A DNA stretch of 62,514 nucleotides, filler included, from Nanobdellota archaeon (lineage in GTDB: Archaea; Nanobdellota; Nanobdellia; Woesearchaeales; CAZZGN01): the NCBI GenBank assembly GCA_051819665.1. It is 6 parts of 6 records of this genome, joined end to end, with 100 filler letters (N's around TTAATTAATTAA, not from the genome) between each part and the next. Parts side by side here need not be neighbours in the genome. Positions count along the whole stretch, not along the records: positions 1 to 12,337 come from JBNJDG010000032.1; 5 more parts are not named here. One strand, 5' to 3'. Positions within the stretch are counted from its first letter, which is position 1. Each line of letters begins with the position of its first letter. Under the pieces are notes generated by a model, which ran no database searches, was not told where the DNA came from, and saw only the letters and a list, made by a program, of their open reading frames with translations. Shown one piece after another: positions 1-9,673 of the stretch. Both the position numbers and the translations under genes were made by a program.

Positions 1-443
1 ATCTCGTCTATATCAGTTATCTCTCCCGTCTTGACCTTCTGGCCTATACCTGTCTTAGCCTTCCAGGCAGCTTTGGCCTCTTTGAGCCTCTCAGATGACT
101 TGAGCTCATCATCAACATTATTCTCATCCGGAACCTCCTTCAGGGCTTCCTCTTCCTCCTTGGTCCTCTGCTGGGGCTTTTCAGTGCCCTCTGAAGACTG
201 TTCTGTCTTTTCTGAAGACTGCTGATTCTCCTGAACCTGCTGAGACTCTTCCTCTTCCTTCACTTTCTCTTCAGACTCAGCCTTTTCCTTACTCTTTGAA
301 GCAGCCTTCTTGGAAGCTTTCTTGGAGGTCTTCTTTGAAGCAGCCTTCTTGGATGCCTTTTTAGAAGACTTCTTTGAAGCGGCCTTCTTGGATGCTTTCT
401 TAGAGGTCTTCTTTTCTGCCTTTTTTGATTCTTCATTACCCAT
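1..443 (-). CDS. rps5: 30S ribosomal protein uS5 (3'-truncated at window edge) with long Lys/Ala/Ser- then Glu-rich N-terminal extension
   Basis: Manual translation from ATG at 443: MGNEESKKAEKKTSKKASKKAASKK...AWKAKTGIGQKVKTGEITDIDE. The W-x-x-KT-x-x-G-x-x-V-K-x-G-E-I motif is the archaeal uS5 start; the gene follows uL18. Absent from the ORF track. Confidence 0.88.
   Translation of the reverse strand, partial: MGNEESKKAEKKTSKKASKKAASKKSSKKASKKAASKKTSKKASKKAASKSKEKAESEEKVKEEEESQQVQENQQSSEKTEQSSEGTEKPQQRTKEEEEALKEVPDENNVDDELKSSERLKEAKAAWKAKTGIGQKVKTGEITDIDE
294..410 (-). repeat. 3 x 39-bp imperfect tandem repeat encoding K(T/S)SKKASKKAASK in the uS5 extension
   Basis: Units start at 294, 333 and 372 (ctttgaagc(a/g)gccttcttgga...). 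Confidence 0.9.
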
Positions 444-448
444 TTTGA

Positions 449-946
449 TCATGCCAATACCTTATCCTTTACCTGTTTAATGTCCTTGTCTAAGCCTTCT
501 TTTATATGCTTGCCATTGAGCCTGTCCTCTGACGGGAGAACATCATCCGAATACGGGATCTCTATACCAGCATCGATGAGGCCTTTCAGAGCCGCATACA
601 ACCTCGAACCCTTAACTACACTCTCGAGGCCGAAATCCACGACACCAGTATTCACTTTCTTATCCTTTGCCTTTTTACCTGCAAGCACACCTGCAAGATA
701 AGCAGCCGGAAGATTGGATGTACTGTGTTCCCAGCCGTATTTCTTCAGCTCCTTCGTTGAGACCGTGAAATTTACCTTGTCTCCTTTCGGCAGGAAATCC
801 ACCAGCTGAACTGTAATATACTTGAGGCTGCGCCTTATGACAAACCTTGATTTCCTTGCTTTCAGGAGAGAGAGCCTCTTCTTATAATCTGTCTTTTTCT
901 CCCTTTTCCTCGCATGAGGTACCGTGTATATCTTTTGTGAAGCCAT
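449..946 (-). CDS. rpl18: 50S ribosomal protein uL18
   Basis: RKREKKTDYKKRL, NLPAAYLAG motifs; operon position. Confidence 0.95.
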   Translation of the reverse strand: MASQKIYTVPHARKREKKTDYKKRLSLLKARKSRFVIRRSLKYITVQLVDFLPKGDKVNFTVSTKELKKYGWEHSTSNLPAAYLAGVLAGKKAKDKKVNTGVVDFGLESVVKGSRLYAALKGLIDAGIEIPYSDDVLPSEDRLNGKHIKEGLDKDIKQVKDKVLA

Positions 947-1395
947 TACTTATTCACCAGATCATTTTCTTCCATATAGAGCTTGATATGCCTCTTACTC
1001 CTGAAATATCCGCCTTTGGATTTATTGTAGAGCATCCTGTAGGTGCTGACATCTATGACCCCTTTCTTCTTCAGTTCCCTGAGGAAAGCTCTCTGTTTCC
1101 TGACCCTGCTCATCCACTCTTCCTTCTTGGAGAGCCTTGCAGTGGCCTTACCTTTCCTCGAACCGAGGCCTCTTCTCCTGCCTTTGGATTTCTGGGACTT
1201 AAGCTTCCTCGATCTCACTCTCGAGGGACCTTTTACAGGTTTAAGCTTAATAGCCTTATCCTTTATCAGTGACTTTATATCAAACCTTGTTATGGCTTCC
1301 TTAACCTCATCAAGCCTTGATGTATCAAAAGCCACCTTCTTGGCAGACTTCCTTAGTATTGATGATGCCAACCTTTTCTGTACTTTGAATTTCAT
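946..1395 (-). CDS. rpl19e: 50S ribosomal protein eL19
   Basis: QKRLAS, AITRFDI, KGRRRGLGSRKG, YNKSKGGYF; start set at ATG 1395. Confidence 0.95.
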   Translation of the reverse strand: MKFKVQKRLASSILRKSAKKVAFDTSRLDEVKEAITRFDIKSLIKDKAIKLKPVKGPSRVRSRKLKSQKSKGRRRGLGSRKGKATARLSKKEEWMSRVRKQRAFLRELKKKGVIDVSTYRMLYNKSKGGYFRSKRHIKLYMEENDLVNK

Positions 1396-1400
1396 TAGGA

Positions 1401-2147
1401 TCACTCTTTGTTATCTTTAGCAGCCTGGTTCTTTGATGTATCAGGCTTGTCAGATGAGGCAGATTTTGAAGCTGCCTTCTTTGAAGCTTTCTTTGATGCA
1501 GTCTTACCGGAAGCCTTCTTTGCAGTCTTCTTAGCAGGCTTATTTTCCTGGGAAGATCCTGTCTTGCCTGATCCTTCCTTCTTCTGGTCATCCTTCTGGG
1601 AAGAACTCTTCTGGGAGGCACTCTCTTTCTCCTGACCGGTCTGGTCCTTCTTGTCTTCAGAACCTTCCTTGCCGGAATCCTCCTTCGTCTTCTCCTTGGA
1701 CTTTTCCTGCTTCTTCTGTTCCTGCTTCTTCCTCTTCTCTTCGAGATTCTTCCTCTCCTGTTTCTTATCGGAGATCTTCTTCTCTACCTGTTTGAGGAAA
1801 GCATCAGGATCTTTTATGTTGGAGAGAGCTATATTCTTCTCCTTGGCCCTCCTGACGAGGTCAGACCTTTTCCTGTTGCCCAGCCCTGAAGAGAGAACGA
1901 CTGAATTCTCCTTAGGATCGACCTTGTCAAGCTCACCCAGGTTATTGACAACAACCGGATAAAGGCCGTTCCTGTCCGTTCCCCTCTGATCACGGGGCAT
2001 CCTGTAGCCGGTCTTTACAATAGCTGAATGACCATTCTTCTGAAGTCTCTGTTTAGACTGGATCCCTCTGGGCCTTACCCATTTCTTTTCCAGCTTGGAC
2101 TTCTTATGATAATCCTGTCTTATAAATGAAGGTTTCTTCTTTACCAT
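1401..2147 (-). CDS. rpl32e: 50S ribosomal protein eL32 with ~125-aa charged/KAS-rich C-terminal extension
   Basis: KKKPSFIRQD, KWVRPRGIQSKQR, GYRMP motifs; lies between uL6 and eL19. Confidence 0.93.
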   Translation of the reverse strand: MVKKKPSFIRQDYHKKSKLEKKWVRPRGIQSKQRLQKNGHSAIVKTGYRMPRDQRGTDRNGLYPVVVNNLGELDKVDPKENSVVLSSGLGNRKRSDLVRRAKEKNIALSNIKDPDAFLKQVEKKISDKKQERKNLEEKRKKQEQKKQEKSKEKTKEDSGKEGSEDKKDQTGQEKESASQKSSSQKDDQKKEGSGKTGSSQENKPAKKTAKKASGKTASKKASKKAASKSASSDKPDTSKNQAAKDNKE

Positions 2148-2148
2148 T

Positions 2149-2703
2149 TTAACCAATATTCTTCCCGTCTTTCTCCGTTATATATATGCCGTCCTGGAAG
2201 ACCCTTTCATCGAAACCGGGCCTCCTCGTCAACAGCTCAAGGTCCGAAGCGACCATTCCTGCTCTTTCCTTGTCTACACTCTCAACCGTGATGTCCTCAC
2301 CCTCAATGTTCACCTTGACATCCTCGGGTACATCATAAGTCCTCGGGACCTTCTCTCCCAGGTAATTCTTCACAACTATCTGTCCATTCGACTGGGATAT
2401 GTTCATAGGGAAATGTCCGGAGCAGACTTTCATCTTATAAGTGTGTCCTTCCTTTACCCCCCTGATTAGGTTCTCTATGTGGGACTTGAAGGTCTTTATG
2501 GTCTTGTTCTCCCTCTTTCCACCTTTACTTTTAGGCTTCAGGATAACTTTGTTGTCCTTTACCTCCACAGTAATGAGAGGGTTGAAGATCACTCTCCTGT
2601 TCTCTCCCTTTGGTCCCTTGAAGACAAGCTCCTTGCCTTCCTGGCTTATTTCAACACCTTCATCCGGTGTTATTTCCTGATCGATATTTTTGCTCCAGGC
2701 CAT
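2149..2703 (-). CDS. rpl6: 50S ribosomal protein uL6
   Basis: KGPKGE, HFPM, NYLGEK, DERVFQDGIYI. Confidence 0.96.
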   Translation of the reverse strand: MAWSKNIDQEITPDEGVEISQEGKELVFKGPKGENRRVIFNPLITVEVKDNKVILKPKSKGGKRENKTIKTFKSHIENLIRGVKEGHTYKMKVCSGHFPMNISQSNGQIVVKNYLGEKVPRTYDVPEDVKVNIEGEDITVESVDKERAGMVASDLELLTRRPGFDERVFQDGIYITEKDGKNIG

Positions 2704-2705
2704 TT

Positions 2706-3098
2706 TCAATAACAGTAAGCTATCAGCTTTCCTCCTATCTTCTTTTTCTTGGCTTCAGTATGAGGGATTATACCCTTTGATGTGGATACGAAAATTATAC
2801 CGAAATCCCTTCCGGGGAGATATCTCTTCTCATACTTCTCGAATTCCTCTATCCTGCACGGGGTCCTCGGCTTGATCACACCTGTCTCATTCGTCTTACC
2901 GAGCAGGCTCAGGGTCAGTACTCCTCCCCTGTGATCTTCATTCTCCTTATACTCACCTACATAACCCCTCTTATTGAGGATCTTGAGGATCTTCTTGAGC
3001 ATGTTCGAAGCAGGCGTGAGCTCTACCTCGTCCCTTCCGAGTTTCTCATACATAACTATCTTTGACAATGCATTTGCTAATGGATCATTCATGGACAT
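2706..3098 (-). CDS. rps8: 30S ribosomal protein uS8
   Basis: NDPLANALS, GVIKPR, STSKGI, GGKLIAYCY; AGGTGA SD before ATG 3098. Confidence 0.96.
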   Translation of the reverse strand: MSMNDPLANALSKIVMYEKLGRDEVELTPASNMLKKILKILNKRGYVGEYKENEDHRGGVLTLSLLGKTNETGVIKPRTPCRIEEFEKYEKRYLPGRDFGIIFVSTSKGIIPHTEAKKKKIGGKLIAYCY

Positions 3099-3108
3099 TT
3101 GCTTCACC

Positions 3109-3342
3109 TTATGAATATTTCTTGAAACCTAGTTTCTCTGCTACTTCCCTGAAAGACTGCCTGCACACGTTAAGACCGTATTTCCTGATGACACCCCTTC
3201 CTACACGTCCGGTAATCCTGCATTTCTTGTTCAGGATCGAACAGCTCCTTTCCTTGGGAGCGTTATGCTTATTGAATTTCTTCATCTTCCCTGGTTTATT
3301 CTTGAGCTGTTTGATTACCTTCCTATGATCGCCTGCAGTCAT
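3109..3342 (-). CDS. rps14: 30S ribosomal protein uS14
   Basis: [25 protein letters not shown]. Confidence 0.93.
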   Translation of the reverse strand: MTAGDHRKVIKQLKNKPGKMKKFNKHNAPKERSCSILNKKCRITGRVGRGVIRKYGLNVCRQSFREVAEKLGFKKYS

Positions 3343-3851
3343 TCTTCATCACCTAATTTGATACCGAACTTATCCTTCATGAACTGGATAGCCTCCTGTT
3401 TCTTTACAGAATGCTTCTTACCTACCGATGAGGTCTTCCTTGATCTCCTCTTAACCCTGTACCCTGGTCTTTCCAGTGTAACAGCTACATCAAGTCCCAT
3501 CATACCTACATCATGGCTGTACTCGACGCCGTCTATCTCAATATACTCCGGGACGCCGAATGAAAGGTTACCGTTCTCATCGAAGTTGCTCTCTTCCAGA
3601 GTGTAATCCCTGGCCACCAGAAGCCTCTTCAGGAGCGTCTCAGCATCTTTCCTGATCGTTATCTTACAACCAATGGGAAGATTCGGCCTCAGTCCCCAAG
3701 TTGAATTCCTCTTGGTAGTCGCAGTCTGAACAGGCTCTATACCTGTTATAAGCTTGAGCAGCTTCTTCCCCCTCTCAAGCTTACTCTGGTCTTTACCAGC
3801 ACCTACATTGAGAGTTACTTTCCCTATCCTTATTTGTTTCATCGGATTCAT
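3339..3851 (-). CDS. rpl5: 50S ribosomal protein uL5
   Basis: [33 protein letters not shown]. Confidence 0.96.
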   Translation of the reverse strand: MNPMKQIRIGKVTLNVGAGKDQSKLERGKKLLKLITGIEPVQTATTKRNSTWGLRPNLPIGCKITIRKDAETLLKRLLVARDYTLEESNFDENGNLSFGVPEYIEIDGVEYSHDVGMMGLDVAVTLERPGYRVKRRSRKTSSVGKKHSVKKQEAIQFMKDKFGIKLGDEE

Positions 3852-3858
3852 TTTTCAA

Positions 3859-4548
3859 TCACTTACTCTTGAATGATATTACCGGCTTCTCCTTGCCGAT
3901 AGGGTACGCATATTTCCTGTGCGTCTTGAGCTCGTCCTTGCCCTTCTTGAGGATAAGGCTCGTGTTATCGAAATCGACTATCTTTCCTGTCACACCTACG
4001 TGCGATCCTCCCACGAGGTATACATACGCGCCTTTCTCCATAGAGATCTTATCCCTTATCTTCTTTGACGGAAGCTCAAGGACAAGTACATCTCCTACCT
4101 TATATTCATCCTTATCAACCATCACATTATAACCGTTCATGAAGTTCAGCTGTACCTTCCCTCCCTTAAGGATTGATTTCCCTATTATCTTGGAAGGTCT
4201 CAGCGCTGATTCCTTCTCGCTGATCTTCACCAGCTCGAATTTCCCCTTCTCATTGAGGATGAGCCTGTAGTTCCTGTCATCACTCTTGATCTGGAGAACA
4301 TCCATAAGACCCAGTATATCCTTGGGGTCATTCTTCCTGACACCATTGACGAAGATATAATTGTTCTGGAGGATATCGCTCACCTCTTTCTTCGTCATCG
4401 CGATCCCGAGCATGTTCTTGAAAACGTATTTCAGTGTAACACTATTCTCTGGAGATCTTGATAAAAGAGGCTTAAGCACATAAGGAGTGCCTTTCTTTTC
4501 CATAGACCATGTCCTTGGCACGTTTAAAATCTTTAAATGTCGCTTCAT
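3859..4548 (-). CDS. rps4e: 30S ribosomal protein eS4
   Basis: HLK..NVPRTW, GLMDV, GGKVQLN, GGSHVG. Confidence 0.93.
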   Translation of the reverse strand: MKRHLKILNVPRTWSMEKKGTPYVLKPLLSRSPENSVTLKYVFKNMLGIAMTKKEVSDILQNNYIFVNGVRKNDPKDILGLMDVLQIKSDDRNYRLILNEKGKFELVKISEKESALRPSKIIGKSILKGGKVQLNFMNGYNVMVDKDEYKVGDVLVLELPSKKIRDKISMEKGAYVYLVGGSHVGVTGKIVDFDNTSLILKKGKDELKTHRKYAYPIGKEKPVISFKSK

Positions 4549-4925
4549 CTTTGAGCACCTTTGAGTTTTTCCATCCTTTTCTTATCTGACTGATCAATTT
4601 CAGTGATCATCAAGTTTGAAGGTACGAACGGATACTTGACCTTTGTCCCGTCCTTCTTCGCAAAGTCCACACCGGCTATTAGCACCTTGCCTTTCTCGAC
4701 CGAATCGACTTTGCCCATCTTCCCTTTGAACTGGCCCCTCAGGACTTTCACTTTATCTCCTGTCCTTACCGGGATACTCCTCTTGGTATATCTCTTCCTC
4801 AGTTCAGGGGAAAGATGTACATTCCTTAACCTGCTCCTCATATGTGCCGGGAGATTAAAGATATACTTCCTCTGCTTCCTCGTCTGCTTACTGCTTTTCC
4901 AACTTGATGAAAAGGTCTTATCCAT
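4545..4925 (-). CDS. rpl24: 50S ribosomal protein uL24
   Basis: SSKQTRKQRK, HLSPELR, GDKVKVLRG, PSNLMI. Confidence 0.95.
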   Translation of the reverse strand: MDKTFSSSWKSSKQTRKQRKYIFNLPAHMRSRLRNVHLSPELRKRYTKRSIPVRTGDKVKVLRGQFKGKMGKVDSVEKGKVLIAGVDFAKKDGTKVKYPFVPSNLMITEIDQSDKKRMEKLKGAQR

Positions 4926-4930
4926 TCTTA

Positions 4931-5332
4931 TCACACGATCATGCTTGCTACTTTAGCTATTGCCGGGTACCTGTCACAAACCTCTTTAGCTATAGGTCCC
5001 TTGAATATTGTTCCTTTAGGATTGCCCAGCTCGTCTTTCAATACAACTGCGGCATTGTCCTCAAACTTTATCCTCGTACCGTCGAGTCTCCTGTATTCCT
5101 TCCTCTGTCTTACTATTACAGCGGGAACCACCTGTTTTCTCATATCAGGTTTCCCCTTGACAACAGATGCAGTGATCATATCCCCTACACCTGCAGAAGG
5201 ATTCCTCCTTTTGGTCGTTCTTCTACCTTTTACAGAGATAAACTTAAGCATCTTAGCCCCTGAATTATCACAAGCAGGGATAAGAGACTCCTTGACCAAT
5301 CCGTCAGTGATCCTTGCCTTTACTGGTTTCAT
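4931..5332 (-). CDS. rpl14: 50S ribosomal protein uL14
   Basis: CDNSGAK, FEDNAAV, GPIAKE. Confidence 0.97.
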   Translation of the reverse strand: MKPVKARITDGLVKESLIPACDNSGAKMLKFISVKGRRTTKRRNPSAGVGDMITASVVKGKPDMRKQVVPAVIVRQRKEYRRLDGTRIKFEDNAAVVLKDELGNPKGTIFKGPIAKEVCDRYPAIAKVASMIV

Positions 5333-5631
5333 TTTTGTTTCCTCTTACTAAGGTTTTCAACGAACGTGAAACTCTTTGTTTTGCTTATGGGCCTAGTCTC
5401 CATTACCTTGACCCTGTCTCCCTCATCTATATCAGCATCCTCTGGAGCGTGAGCATAGACCCTGCTCCTTTTCTTCTTGTATCTCTCATACTTAGGTATG
5501 AACTCCCTGGTCTCCCATTCTACTACAATGGTCTTATGCATGCTGTTGCTCACAACACTACCTACGAAAGTCCTGCCACGTAAGCTGAGTTTTTTTTCCT
5601 TGTTTGATTTTTCTGCGGACACTTTGTTCAC
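5329..5631 (-). CDS. rps17: 30S ribosomal protein uS17
   Basis: LRGRTFVGSVVS, KYERY, ETRPISKTKSF. Confidence 0.95.
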   Translation of the reverse strand: MNKVSAEKSNKEKKLSLRGRTFVGSVVSNSMHKTIVVEWETREFIPKYERYKKKRSRVYAHAPEDADIDEGDRVKVMETRPISKTKSFTFVENLSKRKQK

Positions 5632-5870
5632 CTTAATCTTTTGACCCTCTCATGGGGCCTGAAACACATTTTATTTCCTTTGACTGTTATGTCTCTCATC
5701 TTAAAGACAACCTGGTTCTTCAGGATCCTCTCTCCCGAATCCAGTGTAAAGGTATGTTTCGTCTCATCGACGACCTTACCTTTCTTGCCTTTCAATGAGC
5801 AATTATCGGCATCGGTTATCTCTATTTCCTCACCGATAATCTCATCCCGAAGGACATCTCTGATCTTCAT
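5628..5870 (-). CDS. rnp1: RNase P protein component Rpp29 (POP4)
   Basis: EIIG, GKVVDETK, RPHER; canonical position between SUI1 and uS17. Confidence 0.88.
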   Translation of the reverse strand: MKIRDVLRDEIIGEEIEITDADNCSLKGKKGKVVDETKHTFTLDSGERILKNQVVFKMRDITVKGNKMCFRPHERVKRLR

Positions 5871-6175
5871 TTCACATCCAGGGATTCTTCCGGAAAGCCA
5901 AGGTCGACCAAAGCCTGCTTGACCTTCTTTATGTGATTCCCCTGAAGTTCTATTATGCCATCCTTGGCTGTTCCTCCGCAGGCGAACTTGGACTTGAGCT
6001 TTTTCGCCATGTCCTTCATATCCACCTGTTTCGAATCAATGCCCTTGATGACCGTGTATTCTTTGCCGAATTTCCTCTTTTCTATCTTAGCTGTTATCTG
6101 CTGGTTCTCTTTCGCTATATCTTCGCCGATTCCCAGCTCTTTTGGTAGTCCTGTTATTGGATCTATTTCGCCCAT
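5867..6175 (-). CDS. sui1: translation initiation factor aIF1/SUI1
   Basis: TGLPKEL, LKSKFACGGT, IELQGNH. Confidence 0.93.
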   Translation of the reverse strand: MGEIDPITGLPKELGIGEDIAKENQQITAKIEKRKFGKEYTVIKGIDSKQVDMKDMAKKLKSKFACGGTAKDGIIELQGNHIKKVKQALVDLGFPEESLDVK

Positions 6176-6182
6176 TATCCCG

Positions 6183-6371
6183 TTATTTCCCCTCATTAAG
6201 CACAGTTTTTATCCTGGCTATCGTTTTTTTCTTCTCTCTCAGCTGCCCGGGGTTCTTAGGAGTAGTCCCGGAAGCTACCTGAGAGTTATCCTTAAGCAAA
6301 TCCATATTAAGCTCTTTCATCTTCTGTTCAAGAGCTTTTTTATCCATCTGTTTGATCTCGTTGAACTTCAT
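6183..6371 (-). CDS. rpl29: 50S ribosomal protein uL29
   Basis: NPGQLREKKKTIARIKT. Confidence 0.92.
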   Translation of the reverse strand: MKFNEIKQMDKKALEQKMKELNMDLLKDNSQVASGTTPKNPGQLREKKKTIARIKTVLNEGK

Positions 6372-7024
6372 TTTTCATCCCCTTCTGAAGTGTCCTCGAT
6401 GACAACCTCGTCCTGCTCTTCCTGGACTTCCTCTGTCAGTTCAACATTATCCGGAAGCTGTGTGTTCGGGGGCATGATCCTTACCTGGATACCTACCACA
6501 CCAGTCTTAAGCCTCGCTATCGAATAAGCATGGTCCACACCGGAGATAGAGATGTCTCCGCTCTTCTTCAGGTATCCCTGATAGAACCTCCATCTCTTCG
6601 CCCTGCTGCTCGGGATCTTCCCAGTGATGAGAATCTCGATACCGAGCGCTTTCGAGAGCATGACATCTTCCATCACTCTGTGGCCGACTCCCTTGAATCT
6701 GGCCGAGCCGAACCTTTCCAGTGAATTTGAGATTCTCTCTGCAACTATCTGTGAGTTAAGGTTAGGTTGCTTGACCTCGTTGATCTCTATCTGGGGATTA
6801 TCAAGCCCGAACCTTTTCTTCAGTGATTTGGTAAGAGTCTTTATATTCTGGCCCTTCTTGCCCACGATGAGCCCTGGCCGGGATGCGGTTATTATAACCT
6901 TATCTCCCAGAGGAGTCTTCTTGAGCTGCGAGCTTCCGTGGCCCACTTTCCTGAGATTGTTCTTTATGTAAGATTCAATCTCGAACTCTTTCATGTTCTG
7001 TGCGATTATGCTCCTTTCGATCAT
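6368..7024 (-). CDS. rps3: 30S ribosomal protein uS3
   Basis: KTPLG, RPGLIVGKKG (KH domain), GYLKKSG, GVVGIQVRIM. Confidence 0.96.
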   Translation of the reverse strand: MIERSIIAQNMKEFEIESYIKNNLRKVGHGSSQLKKTPLGDKVIITASRPGLIVGKKGQNIKTLTKSLKKRFGLDNPQIEINEVKQPNLNSQIVAERISNSLERFGSARFKGVGHRVMEDVMLSKALGIEILITGKIPSSRAKRWRFYQGYLKKSGDISISGVDHAYSIARLKTGVVGIQVRIMPPNTQLPDNVELTEEVQEEQDEVVIEDTSEGDEK

Positions 7025-7512
7025 TTTTTAGCACCTGAATTTGATTTCTCCTTTTTGGCCGGAGTTTTCTTATCCTGTTTCTTCGGCTTCTCGCGAAGAA
7101 CAAGTTCCACATGAGAGGCCTTGCCTTCCCTGCCTCTGTGCCTTCCGAGCCTCATAGGTCTGGAAGCTTTATGGGCGGCTATATGACTTATCATAAGTTC
7201 CTTGCCAAGGCCCTTATCCTGCGCATTCGCTTCTGCTGACTTGATAAGGGAAAGTATACTCTCAGCGGCTTTCACGGGATATCTCGCGCTTCCGTTGCCT
7301 TTCTTATGGCCAACATCCCAGTTGAACCTCTTAAAGGGGATCGGTTTCTGCTTACTGATCACCTTCGAAAGGTGGTCCTTGACCTTAGCGACATCCTTGC
7401 CCCTTACAAAGTTTGCTATTTCTATGCTGTGCTTTGTAGAGATAGCCGCACTCCTTAGGACTGCACTGGCCATGTCCTCCTTTATTTTTGTCGAATAGTT
7501 ATACTTAGCCAT
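7021..7512 (-). CDS. rpl22: 50S ribosomal protein uL22
   Basis: ISTKHSIEI, RYPVKAA, AEANA..KG, HVELVL. Confidence 0.95.
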   Translation of the reverse strand: MAKYNYSTKIKEDMASAVLRSAAISTKHSIEIANFVRGKDVAKVKDHLSKVISKQKPIPFKRFNWDVGHKKGNGSARYPVKAAESILSLIKSAEANAQDKGLGKELMISHIAAHKASRPMRLGRHRGREGKASHVELVLREKPKKQDKKTPAKKEKSNSGAKK

Positions 7513-7513
7513 T

Positions 7514-7894
7514 TTACCTTACCGATACGCTTGCACTTGATTTCGTTGCACCGACACCCGGTGAGTTATGGGTTATACGTCCTCTCGTGAGACACAGATC
7601 TCCCAATCTCATCCCCAGCATGTCAGCTGTGATGTTCACCTGCTTGAAAGCCTTCCCATTATGGATATGCACTGCTTTCCCGATCATCTCCGGGATTACC
7701 AGAAGGTCCCTGCAATGTGTCCTGGCAGAGTCCTTTTTCCTGAGAGTCTCGAGGAGCTTCTTCTGTTCCTCGGTGAAGCCTCTCTTAAGAGATCTTCTGC
7801 TCTTTGCCGGAAGAAGATCCATGAACTCCTGGAGACTCATGGCCTTGAGCTCTTCTTCAGTCTTTCCTTTGAATCTGAATTCTTTCTTTGCCAT
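7514..7894 (-). CDS. rps19: 30S ribosomal protein uS19
   Basis: RRSLKRG, RTHCRD, PEMIG, HNGK, PGVGATKSS. Confidence 0.95.
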   Translation of the reverse strand: MAKKEFRFKGKTEEELKAMSLQEFMDLLPAKSRRSLKRGFTEEQKKLLETLRKKDSARTHCRDLLVIPEMIGKAVHIHNGKAFKQVNITADMLGMRLGDLCLTRGRITHNSPGVGATKSSASVSVR

Positions 7895-7896
7895 TT

Positions 7897-8610
7897 TCAC
7901 TTATTCCTTCCAGTATGCCTTGCCCTGATCATTCCTACCTTTCTTCCAGGCGGAGCATTTCTAGGTGCAGGCGTTGCCTTTGATTTCCTCAATGAACGTG
8001 AATTTCCGAACGGGTGATCCACAGCGTTCTGAGCATTACCCGAAACCTTCGGCCAGAGTTTGTTCTTAGCCTTGTGTAGGTAATAGTTCTTTCCTGCCTT
8101 CACAAGCGGCTTGTCTTTCCTTCCGCTTCCTGCGATGGAACCTATGGTCGCCCTGCATTCCCTGTTGAACTCTTTCTTCTTCTTCGAGGGAAGCTCTACT
8201 ACCACTTTATCCTTCATCTGTGCAACCACTTTGGCCGCACCACCGGTGCTTCTCACGAACTTCCCGCCGTCTCCGGGTCTACCTTCGATATTGAATACGA
8301 GTGTTCCTTCAGGTATGTTATCCAGCGGAAGCACATTGCCTTTCCTGACCTGTGCTTCTGAACCCATTCCTACCTCATCGCCCACTTTTATATGCTCTGC
8401 AGATACCTGCAGGGACGATTCACCATTGGCGTACTCTACCCTCACAAGAGGGCTTGAATGTCCTGCGCTCTTAACTATATCAACAACCTGTCCGGTAAGG
8501 GTCTCCTCATGAGGCAGAGTGTATCCTACCTCACCCCCATACCTGAAGCTTGGGGCCCTGTAAGTCGGACCTCCTTTTCCTCTTGCCTGTTGTATTAGTC
8601 TCTTTCCCAT
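7897..8610 (-). CDS. rpl2: 50S ribosomal protein uL2
   Basis: MGKRLIQQARGKG, PGDGGKFVR, NAVDHPFG, APPGRKVG. Confidence 0.97.
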   Translation of the reverse strand: MGKRLIQQARGKGGPTYRAPSFRYGGEVGYTLPHEETLTGQVVDIVKSAGHSSPLVRVEYANGESSLQVSAEHIKVGDEVGMGSEAQVRKGNVLPLDNIPEGTLVFNIEGRPGDGGKFVRSTGGAAKVVAQMKDKVVVELPSKKKKEFNRECRATIGSIAGSGRKDKPLVKAGKNYYLHKAKNKLWPKVSGNAQNAVDHPFGNSRSLRKSKATPAPRNAPPGRKVGMIRARHTGRNK

Positions 8611-8614
8611 TTTA

Positions 8615-8869
8615 TTACATCAGCCCTAATTGTGTTGCCACATCAATGGCGGGTGTCTCCTCGTTCAGTTTAACATATGCCTTCTTCTTTCCATTCGTAG
8701 TTACAACTGTATTGACCTTATCTACTTTGACCTCAAAGAGTTTCTCTATAGCCTCTTTGATCTCTGATTTGTTGGCCTTCATATCGACTATGAAGCCAAG
8801 CTTGTTCTCAGATTCCATCATCCTTATCGACTTTTCTGTCGACAACGGGTATTTAATCGTCGATTTCAT
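8615..8869 (-). CDS. rpl23: 50S ribosomal protein uL23
   Basis: [19 protein letters not shown]. Confidence 0.96.
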   Translation of the reverse strand: MKSTIKYPLSTEKSIRMMESENKLGFIVDMKANKSEIKEAIEKLFEVKVDKVNTVVTTNGKKKAYVKLNEETPAIDVATQLGLM

Positions 8870-9672
8870 AGGAACAGACTCTCCTTTTTCATTCTTTCAA
8901 CCGCTGGTTTTGACCAGATGGTCAATCTGCCATAATCACTCCCTGGTGCAAGCTTCTCCGCATTGAGCGAATCCACAACACATACATCAACACCCGGAAT
9001 GTTTGCTGCTGATCTGTGAAGATCGCATTTGCCCGAAACTACGAACAAAGGACCTTTCCTTGATTTGTACCTTCTTCCCCTTTTCCTGCCTTTACCGGCT
9101 CTCTCTTTCTTTGAGGAAGCTCTCTTCATCTCCTCATCCAGCCCATAGCCGGAGAGGGTCTTCACAAGCTCTGAAGTCTTCTTCACATTCTCAATGCTCT
9201 CGTCAACGACAAAAGGATAATCCTCTGGTACCTTATGGCCCCTCTTCTCTACAAGGGTCTTTATGACCGAGGCACTGATTGCAGACCTTATGGCCTTTCT
9301 CCTTTCCTTGACGTTCATCCTCTGTGACCATTTCTTGGAAGCTTTCGGGGGATGAGCTCTTCTACCGCCCACTGTACCTGGTATCTCGGCACCTTCCCAG
9401 TTGAACCTCGTTCCTCTCCTTGAGAGTATCTTCCTCGGTACCCTGCTGATACCATAACCGTAAGCGCCCCTGTAATTCTGCCTCCTTCTTGAAATATCAG
9501 CAGAAACCCTCAGGCCTGCACGGGGATGAGCTCCATAAGGCTGTCTCCTGTTCACCTGGACCACTCTGACTGCCCTCTTGATCAGGTCCGGCCTTATCTG
9601 CTCAGTGAACTGAACCGGCAGCTCCTCGCTGCCTTTCTCTGTCTTTTTTGTGTCGTATATCTTGAGTTTCAT
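8866..9672 (-). CDS. rpl4: 50S ribosomal protein uL4
   Basis: [27 protein letters not shown]...GRLTIWS. Confidence 0.96.
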   Translation of the reverse strand: MKLKIYDTKKTEKGSEELPVQFTEQIRPDLIKRAVRVVQVNRRQPYGAHPRAGLRVSADISRRRQNYRGAYGYGISRVPRKILSRRGTRFNWEGAEIPGTVGGRRAHPPKASKKWSQRMNVKERRKAIRSAISASVIKTLVEKRGHKVPEDYPFVVDESIENVKKTSELVKTLSGYGLDEEMKRASSKKERAGKGRKRGRRYKSRKGPLFVVSGKCDLHRSAANIPGVDVCVVDSLNAEKLAPGSDYGRLTIWSKPAVERMKKESLFL

Positions 9673-9673
9673 T

